Source: Carcharhinus longimanus (lineage: Eukaryota). From it: 64,000 bases of DNA. Below the pieces are notes generated by a model. That model was given only the letters and a program-made list of their open reading frames with translations. It was not told the DNA's origin and searched no databases. The DNA lies in the NCBI GenBank assembly GCA_030264375.1, contig JASCQW010000001.1, forward strand, positions 153,592,228 to 153,656,227. Reading direction: 5' to 3'. Positions within the stretch are counted from its first letter, which is position 1, and every line of letters starts with the position of its first letter. This document shows positions 39,134 through 52,402 of the stretch, piece by piece. The position numbers were made by a program, and so were the translations under genes.

Positions 39134-40312
39134 GGACCAGAGAGTCTACTCTGGCTCCTATTTATTTTCTTATATGTTTTAATATTTCCAGAGACTTGGA
39201 ATACAATTTGTCTTCAGTCTTCTTGGGGTAAGCAATAGATGGTTGGAACAAGCAATTGACTCAGGATCTTACAATAAATTTACAGTAGGCCTAGAAGTTT
39301 GGAGCATTTCAGTAAAGTTATGAAGGTAGCTTACGGCCTGTGACTGGGTCATATCGTTTATATGGAAATATTAGTCAATAGATACGGAGCAGATAATAGA
39401 ACAGATCTGCCAGATGTCATTATATCACTGGTAACATTAAGTGGCAATGATATCCACTGGACAAATGAAAAAAAAAGAATGGTTTCTAGGGTATGCTGAA
39501 TCATCTTTGAATTTACTCTTTTTGAAAGCAGTAAAATTAAGGTTAATCAAAGGTATAAGATTTAAGATCATACAAGCAGAATCTTTGATAAGGTGAAATT
39601 GTGACTTGTTAAAATAGTCTTACTATATAGAATGCAATAATTCAGCCACATCATTAAAATGGCACAATAACAAATGCATCATTTTAAACAGCCAAACTTT
39701 TCAAAAGCATCAGTGTCAAGCACATCAAAAACAGTAACATTTCTAAAGCAATGCAAAACAAATTATGTGCAGTAACAGTAATAGAATCATAAAAATTAGA
39801 GTACGAGGCAGTGTCCTTCATGATGCTAGCTCTTCAAATTGAGCCATTTTCTAATCTCACTCCTACATTATTTAAATTTTCTCCTTTTTAAACTGAATTA
39901 TAGTTGCTGCTTCAAAAGTCAACGCCAATTCATGTTCTTGTGCAAGGAAAATGTTAATTTTTCCATTAGCAATAATCCTCCTAATAATAATCTCTGTTAC
40001 TAGCTCAGCAAGCAACTGAAATAATCATTTACTCTCTTACCATATTCTCTTCTCCATTCAAAGAAAATCCATTTTTTAAGCCTTCTGATGATGGTAACCT
40101 TTTATTCTGTGCATCATTCTACTGAAACTGGATGATGCTTTTGAAAGGTTCCATAATTGTATGCAGTATTCCAATCATGGCCCAGTCAACAAATTCAGAA
40201 CCACTTCATTAACCACCAAATGAGAATCAGCTCATTTTTATTCTCTCCAAGTCTACATTTGTTTGCTCTTGAATTTCAGAGCACTGTTCACAAGCAAATG
40301 ACAACTCCTCAG

Positions 40313-40370
40313 GCCTTAAGATTATGCCTTCATTAATTCCAGCCTTAAGACTATGCCTCCATTAATTCCA
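40313..40370. repeat. Imperfect 29-bp tandem duplication
   Basis: gccttaagattatgccttcattaattcca / gccttaagactatgcctccattaattcca. Confidence 0.9.
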
Positions 40371-43300
40371 ACTACGAAAAGTACCTTACATCTCAACAGG
40401 ATTTCTCTCCAACTGTTAATATGCAATAGAGCATCACACATCAAGACCCACTTTTAAGTTTTCCTTCTACAAACCCATGCNNNNNNNNNNCCAGTTAATA
40501 GAAGTGCCTTTCTATGTGATTAATTTCATCCCACATTACTTGTTCAAAAGAGTTATCTACAACTGATCTATCTCTGCCCACCTCTGCTGAATAGGAATGC
40601 AACATTTTGCATTGTTATGACCCAGTAGGGACTGTTAACTTTCAAAGAGAAATCCAAGTATCTCATTTTACCCAACAGCTCCATGCCACAACATTTCACT
40701 TTTTAAAAACACAAACTTTATTGCACATGTAATAAATTAAACAAAGCAAAACAAGTTAGTTAACACTATCGCTGAAAACTACTTATGTTATCACTCAGCT
40801 TTATTTCTTAATTCCCCAAGAATTAAGAAATCTTATAAATCAGAATTATTTAAATCTGAAGGGAGCCCCCATAAGTATGTCACAATCCTCAGGACAGTGT
40901 TCCTTAACTCCAGCTATTCTCAAGAGGCTAAAACTTCAGTTTCCCTTTGCTTGACTGTGGAGGTCTCTTGTCTGGCTACTTTTCAATACTTCCAACCTAT
41001 TCTATGGATTACTTTCTCTTGCAATAGAACATTGTAGATTCTCCCACTAGCTTCAAATTAGGCAAGCCTCCTCTTCTGTTCCTCAAAAGTCGAACTGAGG
41101 TTAAGCCCCCCTCGCCTTCCATGCAGTCAATAATATTATCCTCTGCTCACAGTGCAGGTCATTCATTCTGGTTAAAATTTCTCCATGCGCTGCAAACCAC
41201 ACAGGATTCAAATTGCAAATAACATCCTCTCCTACCGGACAGGCTGATATAATGAATCCAGCCATCGCCAAGATGATGTAGCCTGTTCTGGGCTACTTCT
41301 AACCGGCCATTAATTTAAAAGGCAACAATTAATTTAAGTATTCCTCATTTACAATTTTTTTTTATCTGAAGTGGGGTTTCCAGCCTTTCAGGGCTCACTG
41401 AATGCTTTTAAACTAATTTAGCTTCATAAACAAAAACTTGTCTCTGGATTCCACCTCTTTGCAAGCAGTGTAGACACCATGTCTCCAGGTAAGCAAGCCT
41501 ATCGGCAGTTTTAGGATCTTATCGTTCCAGCTGTTAACCTCTGAAAGCAACATGCCTCCAACCTCAAGTGTAACAGGCTCTAAGCTACTTTAGTTGCATT
41601 GAACCTATTTTCTACAGTTAAGCTTTAATTTCCAAAATGAAAAAGTACATACTAAAACATATGAACGAGAACTAGGTATTCAGAACAGCAGCCGCTGGTC
41701 TTCTGTACAGTTCTAGGTTCGAAATGATTGCAGAAAATCATGATTGGTGCCTCATCTATTTTCTTTTGTGAAATGGATACCTCCTCGGCTTATTATTTTT
41801 TAGCCTTTTGTCATCTGTGGGTTTCCATATCCTACTAAGGTACTCCTAAACAAGCCAATTTCACTTCATTGTGTAAAACAGGAGGCAAGATATCTCTTTT
41901 AAAAAAGATGTAATACTTGGCTTAAGTTAGATGTTTCATTCAAAGACGATTACTACATTTTTTAGCACAAGCCTTCAATATTATTTGGGGATGGGGGTTG
42001 TAGAGAGACAGAGAGAAATGAGAAAGGCAACTGTTCAAAACTTATTTTGCCCATATTAGCATTTGGATGATTGTTGCAGAGGAATTGGAAGATGTCACCA
42101 AAGGATTCAACAGCTGAATGTTGTTTCCAAATGAGATGCAGGAGGCCAAGCAATTTCCATTAGTCTCTCGGCCTCAGGCCACAATCGTTGAAAGATAGCT
42201 TCCTCCAGGAAGAGAAACAGCAACAGGATCAGAGGTTTGCAAGATGACTGGAAAATTTCAAAATGGTGCAGAGACTGAACTTGTCTGCCTGTAAAATTTT
42301 GAGCCTGCTAAAATAACCTGGAGGTGTATCATGTGTAAATTAAACTTGAATACTTTTACTGGAGACATTTTCAAATGTTTTGGCAGATGTCATCTGAAGT
42401 GGTATGTAACAAAGCAAGCCTCACGACAGGAAATGAAAAGAGGAAGTCAACAGACATTCACCATACGAGCTCGCTGGCACATTTCCATAAATGAGAGTTT
42501 ATTTTACATTAAGGAAAATTTTACAGAGTTGTAAGGAGCATTAGCTTTTACTTTAACTAGCCTTGTTGTTGAAGCTGGTTGAGCTTCTTACTGGTAATAA
42601 GAGAATGGACAGATTGCCTTTGCCAAATTCTACTTCCCTAAGATGCAATGATCTATAAATGATCAAGGCTGCATCATGCTTTCTATGACATAGATATCAG
42701 CCTATCTTTAGCTAAGAAATGTGGGAACTGAACAGAAGACAACTCAGATCTGCATGTTCCCACTTCATAGTCCCAATTCCCATGCAAATTTGTAATCACC
42801 ACCAAAACTGACACACACAATAGAGTCTCAATGCAACAAAATAATAGCGTATTAAAAGAATTATTTCTATCCTTTTCTACAATTTTCACTGCAGATCTGT
42901 GGTCCACAGTCCTTACGTGATTAGCTCGAAAGGTGAGGTGTTGTCCCAAATGAGAAGGAAAAAACTGTCATGCCATGTAACCTGGATATGTATCCTTCAA
43001 TTACTGCTTATAGGCAGGCATTTTGTCCATCAAGTAATGGTACTGTGTTAGAATGCACAAAGGAAGAATAGGAAATATCTCAAAGTAAAGGTTTCATAAC
43101 TGTTGCATTTAATGCATTTTCTGATGACAATTTCATCCTGTTCTATGCAATGCAACTTTATTTTTGCTTTGTAAGGCGCATCATTTCTACATCCTCCAAT
43201 AGTCACTTTAGTTTCCATTGTTTGAGCACGCAGAGCTAGACTGGACACCAGTAAAAAGGTATGATTTTTGCCTTACATTCTCATTTGGTTCTCTGACAAT

Positions 43301-44329
43301 GTTATCGTGCATGGTCAAAATTTTTTAAAGAGTCACAAACTGGTTGCAAAATATATTAGCATGGTGGGATTTTATTTTCATCTCTGATTTCCACATTGAA
43401 ATCAAGTCAATTTTGAAAGAGTGTACACATTGTCTCCTTTGAGCTATAAATGCCATTTGTTGACCATCTGGATTATTTTAAGTGCATTCAAATGTGCTGC
43501 AATTCAGCACAAGCTATCTACAATCCAAAAGGAAGGTTAGTGTATGTATAAACAATAAAAATGAGCAGACACAAAGACCAAGTTCCACCTTGTTCACCTT
43601 CTAGTAATTGATGCAATGAAAACTGTGTGGTAACAAATAATAGCAATCAATATCAATTAATCTACAATGGAGCCTGACATGATGCCAGCAAAATCCCTGT
43701 GGTTGCAAGTTTTGGGAACGATTAATGAAAATCGTCTGTTTCTCACAAGCTTGCTACACTAGATGTCACGTCTGAAATTGTAAAATATTTCTGAAAGAAT
43801 TTTATTTCATTTGCATTAAAAATATTTGGATCAGTACCAACTGCTTTCACTATCTCCCTGCTAAATCTATTCCACACATAGACTGATCACTGAATTAATG
43901 TGTCCACAGATTAATTTATAATTAAATGCAAACTATGTTGTCTGGTTTTATTGTTCTGGGCAGGATGAAATAGCTTCTTTTGGAGAACCTTGTCAGAATT
44001 CTAAAAAGACTAAACAGATCACTTCTCAAGCTTTTCCAAACCCATGGAGAATGTCAATTTTTTTTGGAATCCATGCCCTATCCCTTCAACCATACTGGAT
44101 GCTCTCTTCTACATCCTTTATATAGCTGCAATTTATTTCTTATATTGTGACATCCAGAACTATTACAAATATTAAGTAATATACTACTGATTTATAAAGT
44201 GGCAGGATTCTCTCATTAGTTTGGACACATTCAAAGCTTCCATCCACTCTGACAAGTCTTTTCAAATACTTCATGGTGGTCTTCTAAAAATTTACCTCCA
44301 AGTAACTTTTCCAATTATTAAGTCAAATG

Positions 44330-45590
44330 TGGTTACATAGAATGGTGACAGCACACAATGAGGCTCTGTACATTCTGCTCGTGCTGGATAGCTACAAGGG
44401 CAACCTACCTCATACTTTCCTCCGTATCCTTTTGAAGGTCTCAATTCAATTCACCTCCACCATTCTTTCAGGCAGTGCATTTCAGATCCTAACCATCTGC
44501 TGCACAGAAAAGATTTTGTTTCCATTGCTTCTTTTGCCAATTACCTTAAACTGGTATCTTGCGGTTCTGGATCCTTCTGCCAAGTTTTCCCCTTTCTGTC
44601 TTTGGGCACCTCTATTAAGTCTCAACCTCTTCTCAAAGATGTACAGACGCCAGTTTCTTCAACCTACCTGCATAACTGAAATGCCTCGTCCCTGGAACCT
44701 TGTTCCGACTCTTTTTTGCACTCTCTCTTGTGCCTTCCCATTGTTCCTGAAGTATGGTGCCCTGAACTGTACACGATAAGCCAGTATTTTATTCAGTTTC
44801 ATCATAACTTCCTTGCTTGTGTAATGCATGTTCATATTTATTCAGGAATCCACATGCTTTAGCTGCTTTCTTAACCTGCCCTGCCACCTTCATTGATTTG
44901 GTGTGGAGGTGTTGACATTGGACTGAGGTGGGCGCAGTAAGAAGTCTCACAACACCAGGTTAAAGTCCAACAGGTTTATTTGGAATCACGAGTTTTCACA
45001 GCGCTACTCCATCACATGAGTGGAGAGGTAGGTTTCACAAATACGGCATATATAGACAAAGACACAATTGTAAGATAATGGTATCTTGCAATTGTGTCTT
45101 TGTGTCAAAGGAGCAGCACTTTGAAAGCTCGTGATTCCAAATAAACCTGCTGGAGTTTAACCTAGTGTTGAGAGACTTCTTTCATTGATTTTGTTTATGT
45201 ACACCTCCAGTCCCTCTGCTCCTGCACCCTTTTTGGTATTGTACTCTATTTTATATTGCTCTCCTCAAAATTAATCAATTCTTGGCATTAAGTTTCATCT
45301 GCCACTTCTCTGCCTATTCCACCAGCTTATCCCTGTCCTTTTGAAGTTTATCACCATCCTCCTCAAAGTTCACAACATTTCCAAGTCTGCACACTCAAGT
45401 TTACGTCATTAGTATATGTCAAGAAATGTAGGACTCGGAACACTGGCCCTGAAAGCCCACTATATGCCTTTATTCAGTATGAGAAACAACAATTCTCCAA
45501 TGCTGTTTCCCGTTAATGTTATATCCATGCATCCTGTCGCGCAGCCAGTTTTGTATCCAAGATGTTACTATCCATTTTATTCCATTACTT
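44330..45590 (-). mobile_element. Degenerate CR1 3' region, host to the Penelope-like insertion at 44900
   Basis: Typical reverse-complement CR1 phrases (ggcagtgcatttcagatcctaacca; ataacttccttgctt; catctgccacttctctgcc). Confidence 0.6.
44900..45180. mobile_element. Penelope-like fold-back element with target-site duplication
   Basis: Inverted arms gaagtctcacaacaccaggttaaagtccaacaggtttatttggaatcacgag / ctcgtgattccaaataaacctg...gagacttc; TSD ttcattgattt at 44889-44899 and 45181-45191. Confidence 0.85.
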
Positions 45591-46712
45591 AAGTCAATAA
45601 GTCACTTTGTATTGTGTTCATCAAGTCTACTACGCAAACAAGTTATCAATGCTTTCTCTGTTAGGTTTTTCATAAGCTGAGTAATTAAGCAGTTTTCTAT
45701 TAACTGTAGAAATCCCTGATGTGTCTGTCTTATTGTCCCAGTCAGTTTCTGTTAAGTCAATATCTCCAATCACTGTAGTTGGCCCCCGATGGAGAACCAT
45801 CCTAATCTTATCACATAGTTCCAGATCAAATCTTGCACCCTTTGGGAGTAATTTAAAAGAAAAATCATGTTATTGCAGAAAATCCATGTAGATGAGATTG
45901 AAGTCCATGCAGTTACACTTTACATTCAGCTGTACTACACCTCATACCATCAGGCAAATGTCTTCCAATTTTCAGAATCAAAACTCCTCACTTGGATAAC
46001 GAAATATCCAAATTATATTTTAAATGAGACCTTTTTTTAATGATAAAGTTTTATTTTAAATTGCCAAAGATGACAAGTGCTTGACAATTTTCCCTCCATT
46101 GGGATGAAAGCCATGCAGCTTTACAATGTATACAGTTTCAGTATTGAACCATGGAGTGGGAGAATGGAATTCTGATCGCTATCACCATATCATTTACTTT
46201 GCTTTGTTATAAAGCATATATATTTGTACATATACAAACTCAAATATTGTTATTTAACTTATCTTGGCAAACAGGGTGCAGTCAGTTGCATTCTACTAGG
46301 TAAATAACATTCTGCACAAATTAAGAGCTGGCATGTTAGTGACTGGTAACCTCCATTTCTGCTAGTCTTTGAACAGTAATTTACTTAGTAGCCAATCCAT
46401 CCTAAAACACTTAAACATTTCACCAAAGAACATCTGCTGACAAACACCAGAGCCAATTCTATTGGAGAAATGTGATAATTAGCACCAGAAGTCTGATCCC
46501 TTCCTTCCCCACGCAGTGTGTTCTACTGCAATGTTTAAAGGTCGTTTTGTTCTTAATGATAAACTATCAACTCTAACACGAGTGACAAAACAGAAAGCAC
46601 ACCATCGCTTTGCCCTCTTCCTCATTTCTGTTTAATACCTCGGGCATATTGAAGAGTTCCATTGGATAAAATTTCTGAACTCAATATAGATGTTGCTTTC
46701 ACTGATCCAAAA

Positions 46713-46963
46713 GTTGCACATTCTCCCATGTCTGAGTGTTACTTCTGGGTGCTCCAGTTTCCTCCCACATTCCAAAGATGTGCAGGCTACGGGGACTGAA
46801 CATGTTAAATTGCTCCCAACATGTGAAGGTTATGTGGATTAGCCATGGTAAATGCACAGGGTTACAGGAATAGGGTGAAGGGGTGGGATGCTCATTTGGA
46901 GGGTCGATGCATTCTTAATAGGCCAAATGGCCTCTTTCTGTGCAGTTGAGATTCTATGGTTCT
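46713..46963 (+). mobile_element. 5'-truncated HE1-like SINE
   Basis: Core ttgcacattctccc...cccacattccaaagatgtgcagg; ttctatggttcta tail. Confidence 0.75.
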
Positions 46964-47979
46964 AAGTCACTAGACTTTGTTTTAATAGTCATATAATTTG
47001 TCAAGGTATTGATTAGTTTCTCAAGATCAGGAAAGATACTGCAGAGCAGATATTAGACAACACAACTGAATATAAATGTGGAAATGGAAAGGTACTGGTA
47101 TCAAGCTGGGTGAAACCTGTATCAAAATCTCCAAAAAATGAATCAGTTACAGCAGGCTTTCCCAATAACGCATCTTAGCAACCTCCTTCAATCTCAGATG
47201 TCAACAACTGACAGCTTAGTTTCAGAGACTGGGTTTTTTCCCCCTGCATCAAGTCCTAAGAATCGGGTTACAAATTCATTCTGAATTTATAAAACAGATT
47301 CAAAAATCCATAGCAGCTATATTAATGCAGCTTTCAGGAAAAATCCTGTACAAGTTGGCAGAGTTTCAGTGACGTTGATTTATCCAAATATGCAAAGTCA
47401 TAGTATGTAGCAGATTACAGTTTCAAATTTTTTAAGCCACATAACTGCTGAAAATGGGGTTTGAAATTTAAAAACGATAAATGCAAATAACTTAGAAATA
47501 CAGATGGTATAAGAACTTACTCAAGTGTGTTAAAATAGTTGTCTTGAAACTTCACAAAACAAATCAAAATAATTACTGGATCACCTACACTAGGTTTTCA
47601 TACTACAGAAGAAAGCTAGTTGTGATAATATCAATCCAGCATATTAGTTTGACATTTACACATCACAAAATTGGGGGTTCTGGAAGGCAGGCAAACTTTG
47701 CGATTGAATTGTTAGAATTAGAGATTTCTCCCTCCAGAATGAAAAATTCATCTTTTCATCTCTGCATACTGCAGAGTACTTGCACATTAACCTTGCAGGC
47801 TAGCTGCTGCTCTGTAATTATTACAGGCAACAAAGGTCAGCATTTGCTTTGATCATAACTGTGTTTCTAAAACACATATAAACATGAAACTGATCCTTTT
47901 TAAATGTGACTATGAGACACTGACATACAGTTTATCTAAAAAGGTGTGCTGCTTGGTTCTGCACATTGTCACTATGTAC

Positions 47980-48103
47980 CTGCTGAACTTTCCTGGACTC
48001 TTTAAGTGGACTTTCCTTGGCAGGTATCCTCCCAAACAATTTCCATCCTTGAGCACTCTGCTCTAGCGGTACAGAATCTTTGAGCTTCTTAGCAAACAAA
48101 CTC
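47980..48103 (-). CDS. TBC1D14: TBC1D14 coding exon, first exon seen in window (124 bp, phase 2->0)
   Basis: ttttgcag|G AGT TTG...CAG CAG|gtacat; encodes (R)SLFAKKLKDSVPLEQSAQGWKLFGRIPAKESPLKESRKVQQ, containing the GWKLFG motif of TBC1D12/14. Confidence 0.9.
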
Positions 48104-48267
48104 CTGCAAAATGAGAGCAAACCATTATTAGCTAGATTTAACAACTTTCTAATTAGATGGGCAGCACATTGGTATTTCTTACAAAAATGCCTCTTTGCAT
48201 TACAGCTGACTTCAACAGCAGTGTTGCAAGTTAAATGAGATGGCACTATTGCCTTTGGAGCAGTTGG

Positions 48268-48339
48268 AAACAGTTGCCCAGGCTTTGTCCAGACACAAAT
48301 ATAAAACAGTTGCCCAGGCTTTGTCCAGACACAAATATA
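48268..48339. repeat. Perfect 36-bp tandem duplication
   Basis: (aaacagttgcccaggctttgtccagacacaaatata)x2. Confidence 0.95.
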
Positions 48340-50154
48340 AATGAATAAAACAAGAAATTGCAAACAATGAAAATCTGAAAGCAACAATCAGAACATGCCA
48401 GCAATGCACAACAGGTTCATGAGCTTCTGGAAAAAGAGATTAAAATCATAACAGAGAGAAACAGAACTCCAAACTTAGCATTTATGGAACAGAAGTGGCA
48501 GTAAATCAAATAGCAGAAGAAAAAAAACTCATCTGTTTAAATTCTATGAGCTGTTCCTGGTGCTATTTATTGACTGTAGTTTACAGTACTTGTTCTGGTT
48601 GTGGGTTACGCAGAGAAGTCCATCTCACCTGTACCAGCAATCTTGATTTTCTGACCAGTTTAGATAGACCTTATACAAAGTTAGAGTATAAAATAACAGA
48701 TGCATTCACAACGGTCAAACAAAAATACACAAATAAACTCATGCTGGCATAACTGTCCTCTGCTGCTAATGGTCCGGAACATATCTCGTCACAAATTAAC
48801 TTGAGTGGATTTGAAAACAGGTGTTTTTTTTAATTATAGAACTCCTTCTGCTTTATAATGAGGATTTACACACGCTTTATACAAGGTGACACATCCTACA
48901 CCAGTCTCAAATCACATTTGAAGAGAAAGTCACACATCACTTGCCTTAAGCTTCTCACAGCTCCGTGTAATTTCATGTATTTTAAGGAAAAGCTTTGTGA
49001 ACTTTTATTTGATAACTATTAGTGAATGCAAAGATACTTAAATGGCAAGATACAGATTGCCATAAAAAGATTCAATTAATTGCTCAATTCTCTGAAAGGT
49101 TGCCAACAATTTGCCTCCTTTTGCCATTAAGGTTTTTGATTGTAGGGGCATAATACTGATAAAAGAAAGAAAATACTGTCGTTAATAAAAATTGTAGATG
49201 CTCCCTCAAATTGAGTTATGTGGCTTAGGGCCAATGAAAGCAGCCCGCAAGTAGAGGCTTCTATAAACGACCAACTCATCTCAATATCTATTGCCATACT
49301 TGTGGACCAATTCGAAACTGCTTTCCAAAGGGAAGATTTTGATTTCAAGTTACACACAATTGGGAGTAATTGATACCACGATGCACAACTTGTATGAATG
49401 GTAAGTCTTAAATTAAATCTAACTCCACAGAATGTTCTTAAGATGCAAAAAGACTTGCCTTTAAATAAGCACAACCTCAAGCCAGCCAAAAGTGTGTTGA
49501 TGGGATAATTCCTTAAGTAATATCATGTAGAAAACGCAGCAGCTAATTCACTGCCAAGTCCCACAATCAGCAATGAGCAGTTAATTAATTTGAGTTTTAT
49601 GGCTGACAGAAATATATTGGCCAGAACACATCAAGGCCACAAGTGCTTTCCCCCCATCTGCTTCCTATTCCTGCTCATTGTTCCGTGGGAGCATTGAAGA
49701 GAGGCTGCGATTTGCGAGTGGAGAGCTTGTGGGTGAGTACAGCGACTTTTNNNNNNNNNNNNNNNNNNNNNNNNNNNNNNNNNNNNNNNNNNNNNNNNNN
49801 NNNNNNNNNNNNNNNNNNNNNNNNNNNNNNNNNNNNNNNNNNNNNNNNNNTTGACGTGATCGGCGCAACTCGTGGGCCGAAGGGCCTGTTTGTGCTGTAG
49901 TGTTCTATGTTCTATGTTCTATTTCTACTAAGTCAGCTGACCACCACAGCATGTTGCCATTGGTTACACTGTAACAAGCAGAGCGCCAACAGCACTTGAA
50001 GCTCAATGGCAACCAGGGCAAAGTAGTCTGCTTGATTGTTATCCCATCCACAAACATTCAGATCCTCCACAACCGACACATAATGAAACCACTGTAGGGG
50101 CTCACTAAGACTCCTCAGACAGCTGCTTCCAAAGCCATGGCCATTAAATCTAAA

Positions 50155-51500
50155 AGTGTTTGCCAAACGTTTTCCCCGGGATCCACTTTTGCCAACTGGC
50201 CGAGCTTTGGGACCCATGCCACATTCACTTTAACGTGACAGGTAAACATGCTTAGTCCTCAAGATCTCACACCAATCTGGCTCACAAGATGAGAAGGCAA
50301 TGCGCATATCAGCCAGTCCCTTTGTGCTGCCATCACTTTGGGAGAACAGAAAATCCCACCTCCCAAATGTAGGTCATCGCAAAGGGCAATAGCAACAAGA
50401 TGCTGGTTTTATTCAGCACTGGATACTTCAAAATGACAAACTTATGGACTTGTGCCGTGTTTTTAATGTGCTGTCACTGGTCAGGTGTAGGAGCTCAGTC
50501 TCCTCATTTGGAGTCAGCTGTAAGTTAATAACAGGCTCTGGGCTCTCAAACACAAAGGGATTTTTCACCTACCACTTTTTCAAAACCTAAGACTTCTACT
50601 CTGGAAAGTGACAACAAAAACAGTTGTTCAATGTAGCCAGATACAACTGAATAAGGCTCCTCAGTCTATTGACAGTTCCCTTTAACACAGTTTTCTTCGA
50701 TTTGCCGTAATGTGGGGAAAATGTAGTAGTTTTTGCTTTCTGTTTGTACTTAGCAAACTTTCAATAACTTTTGGAAAGCATCTATTTATTGCCAGTGCCA
50801 AAAGCAATCATCCTTTCATTGCAATTCTAGGTTCAGTTTGTATATAATTGAAAAGATGTCTGCAAGGTAAGACAGAGTAAGCACACAACTTTTACCACAA
50901 ATAAATCAGCCAGAGTGGATAAAGGCTGGAATCTGAAACAAAAACAGAAAAATACTGGAAAATCTCAGCAGGTCTGTCAGCATCTGTGGAGGGAGGATAG
51001 AGCCAATGTTGAGTTTATTTGGTTCAGCTAGAGGGGATGATTTCCCAAGGAGAAAAACATGGATTTCATTCCTCAGTTTGTAAACTCTGCCAAGCACCTG
51101 ACCCTATGACAGCCAACGTACCTCTGTGGAACAATGTGTGTGTGTGCTCGGCCTCCATTTCTGAACACAGAGCCTTGAAAAGCTTGGTAGTGAGTGCACC
51201 GCTTTTAATCAAATTCGTGACTTTCACAATTCCTTTCAAGATCGGATGGAGTCCTTTTGATACCAATGCTCAGTGAACAAAGCAATGATCCCAAACAATG
51301 TGCTGACCAACTGCCTCCTTAATTCTTATTATAACTCTGCTGTTTTTCCCAGTCATGTTGATTGCCCAATGCTTGCGATTCCTCTGCAATTAATCCAGTC
51401 GGGCCTGCACTCTTCAACCACATAACTAATCAAAACTTCAGAGATCTGTGTGCCTGTTAGTCATGCCAAGCAGCACAGCAAATCCTCAACAAATGCATTG
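50155..51500 (-). mobile_element. Fossil hAT (Buster/Charlie-type) DNA transposon, transposase pseudogene
   Basis: NMTGKNS, HCFVH*ALV (CxxH), VKVTNLIKSGALTTKLFKALCSEMEAEHTH, RVYKLRNEIHVFL, C-terminal LLLPFA..Y..EVGFS and MRIAFSSCEPDW; end resembles the CAGTGTTTCCCAAAC-type TIR at ~50155. Confidence 0.85.
50920..51015 (-). mobile_element. Penelope-like 3' fragment nested in the hAT fossil
   Basis: ctggaatctgaaacaaaaacagaaaatactggaaaatctcagcaggtctg, shared with 54430-54500. Confidence 0.7.
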
Positions 51501-51569
51501 CGTCAAACACAAAGACTAGAATAGGGGACACAGCTTAAGAATAAGTGGTTTTCCTTTTAAGAGGATAAG

Positions 51570-51885
51570 ACGGCATGGTGACACAGTGGTTAGCACTACA
51601 GCCTCACAGCACTAGGAACCCAGGTTTGATTCGCAGTCTCGGGTAACTGTGTGTGGAGTTTGCACATTCTCTGTGTTTGCGTGCGTTTTCTCCAGGTGTT
51701 TCGTTTTTCTCCCACACTCCAAAGATGTACAGATTAGGTTGATTGGCAGTGCTAAATTGCCACTTAGTGTCGGGGGATTAGCAGGCTAAATACGTGAAGT
51801 TATGGGGATAAGGCCTGGGTGGATTGTGGTTGGTGCAAGCTCAATGGGCCAAATGGCCTCCTTCTGCATTGTAGGGATTCTATGA
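51570..51885 (+). mobile_element. HE1-like SINE nested in a CR1 3' fragment (51505-52110)
   Basis: A/B boxes, core and gattctatga tail; CR1 sequence continues on both sides. Confidence 0.85.
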
Positions 51886-52402
51886 AATTCTATAAAGGCT
51901 GAGATGAGGAAAAACGTTTTACCTTAAAGGGTCATTATGTGGAATTCTCTTCCCCAGAAAGCTGTGGAGGCTGGGCCATTGAATTATTCAAGGCTGAGTT
52001 AAGGTAGACTTTTAAAATCTAAGGTTATGAGAGGACAGACAGGAAATAAGATCATATTGAATGGCAGAGCAAACTTGGAGGGCTGATTGACCTATCTTAA
52101 ATTCTATGTTCGTCAGATTGCATTAGTTAATTACAATAGCTTGCATTTATAATCACAAAATATCTCAAGCCCAGCGTTCTGATAAATGCTGGAAAATGCG
52201 GGGACTTCCTGAAAGTGTGTGACGTAAGTAGAAAAAGGTTTGTACTTAAATAGTTCCTCTTCACATCCATGACCCAAAGCAATGATAGTTTTGCGTAACA
52301 ATTTATTCAAATTACCAAAACCAAAAAAATCCCTTCAGATGAAGATCAGTACTCTAAGTGAGAAGTAGACATGTCTTTGAAAGTCTGGATGTTTTAACAA
52401 GA

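Noticed and set aside
8609-48103. Assignment to the paralog TBC1D12
   Set aside because: Diagnostic segments ([62 protein letters not shown]) match my recollection of TBC1D14 better; a phylogeny would confirm
47932-48387. 151-aa ORF with a repeated YICVWTKPGQLF
   Set aside because: Only 47980-48103 is exonic; the repeat is the intronic 36-bp duplication read in frame
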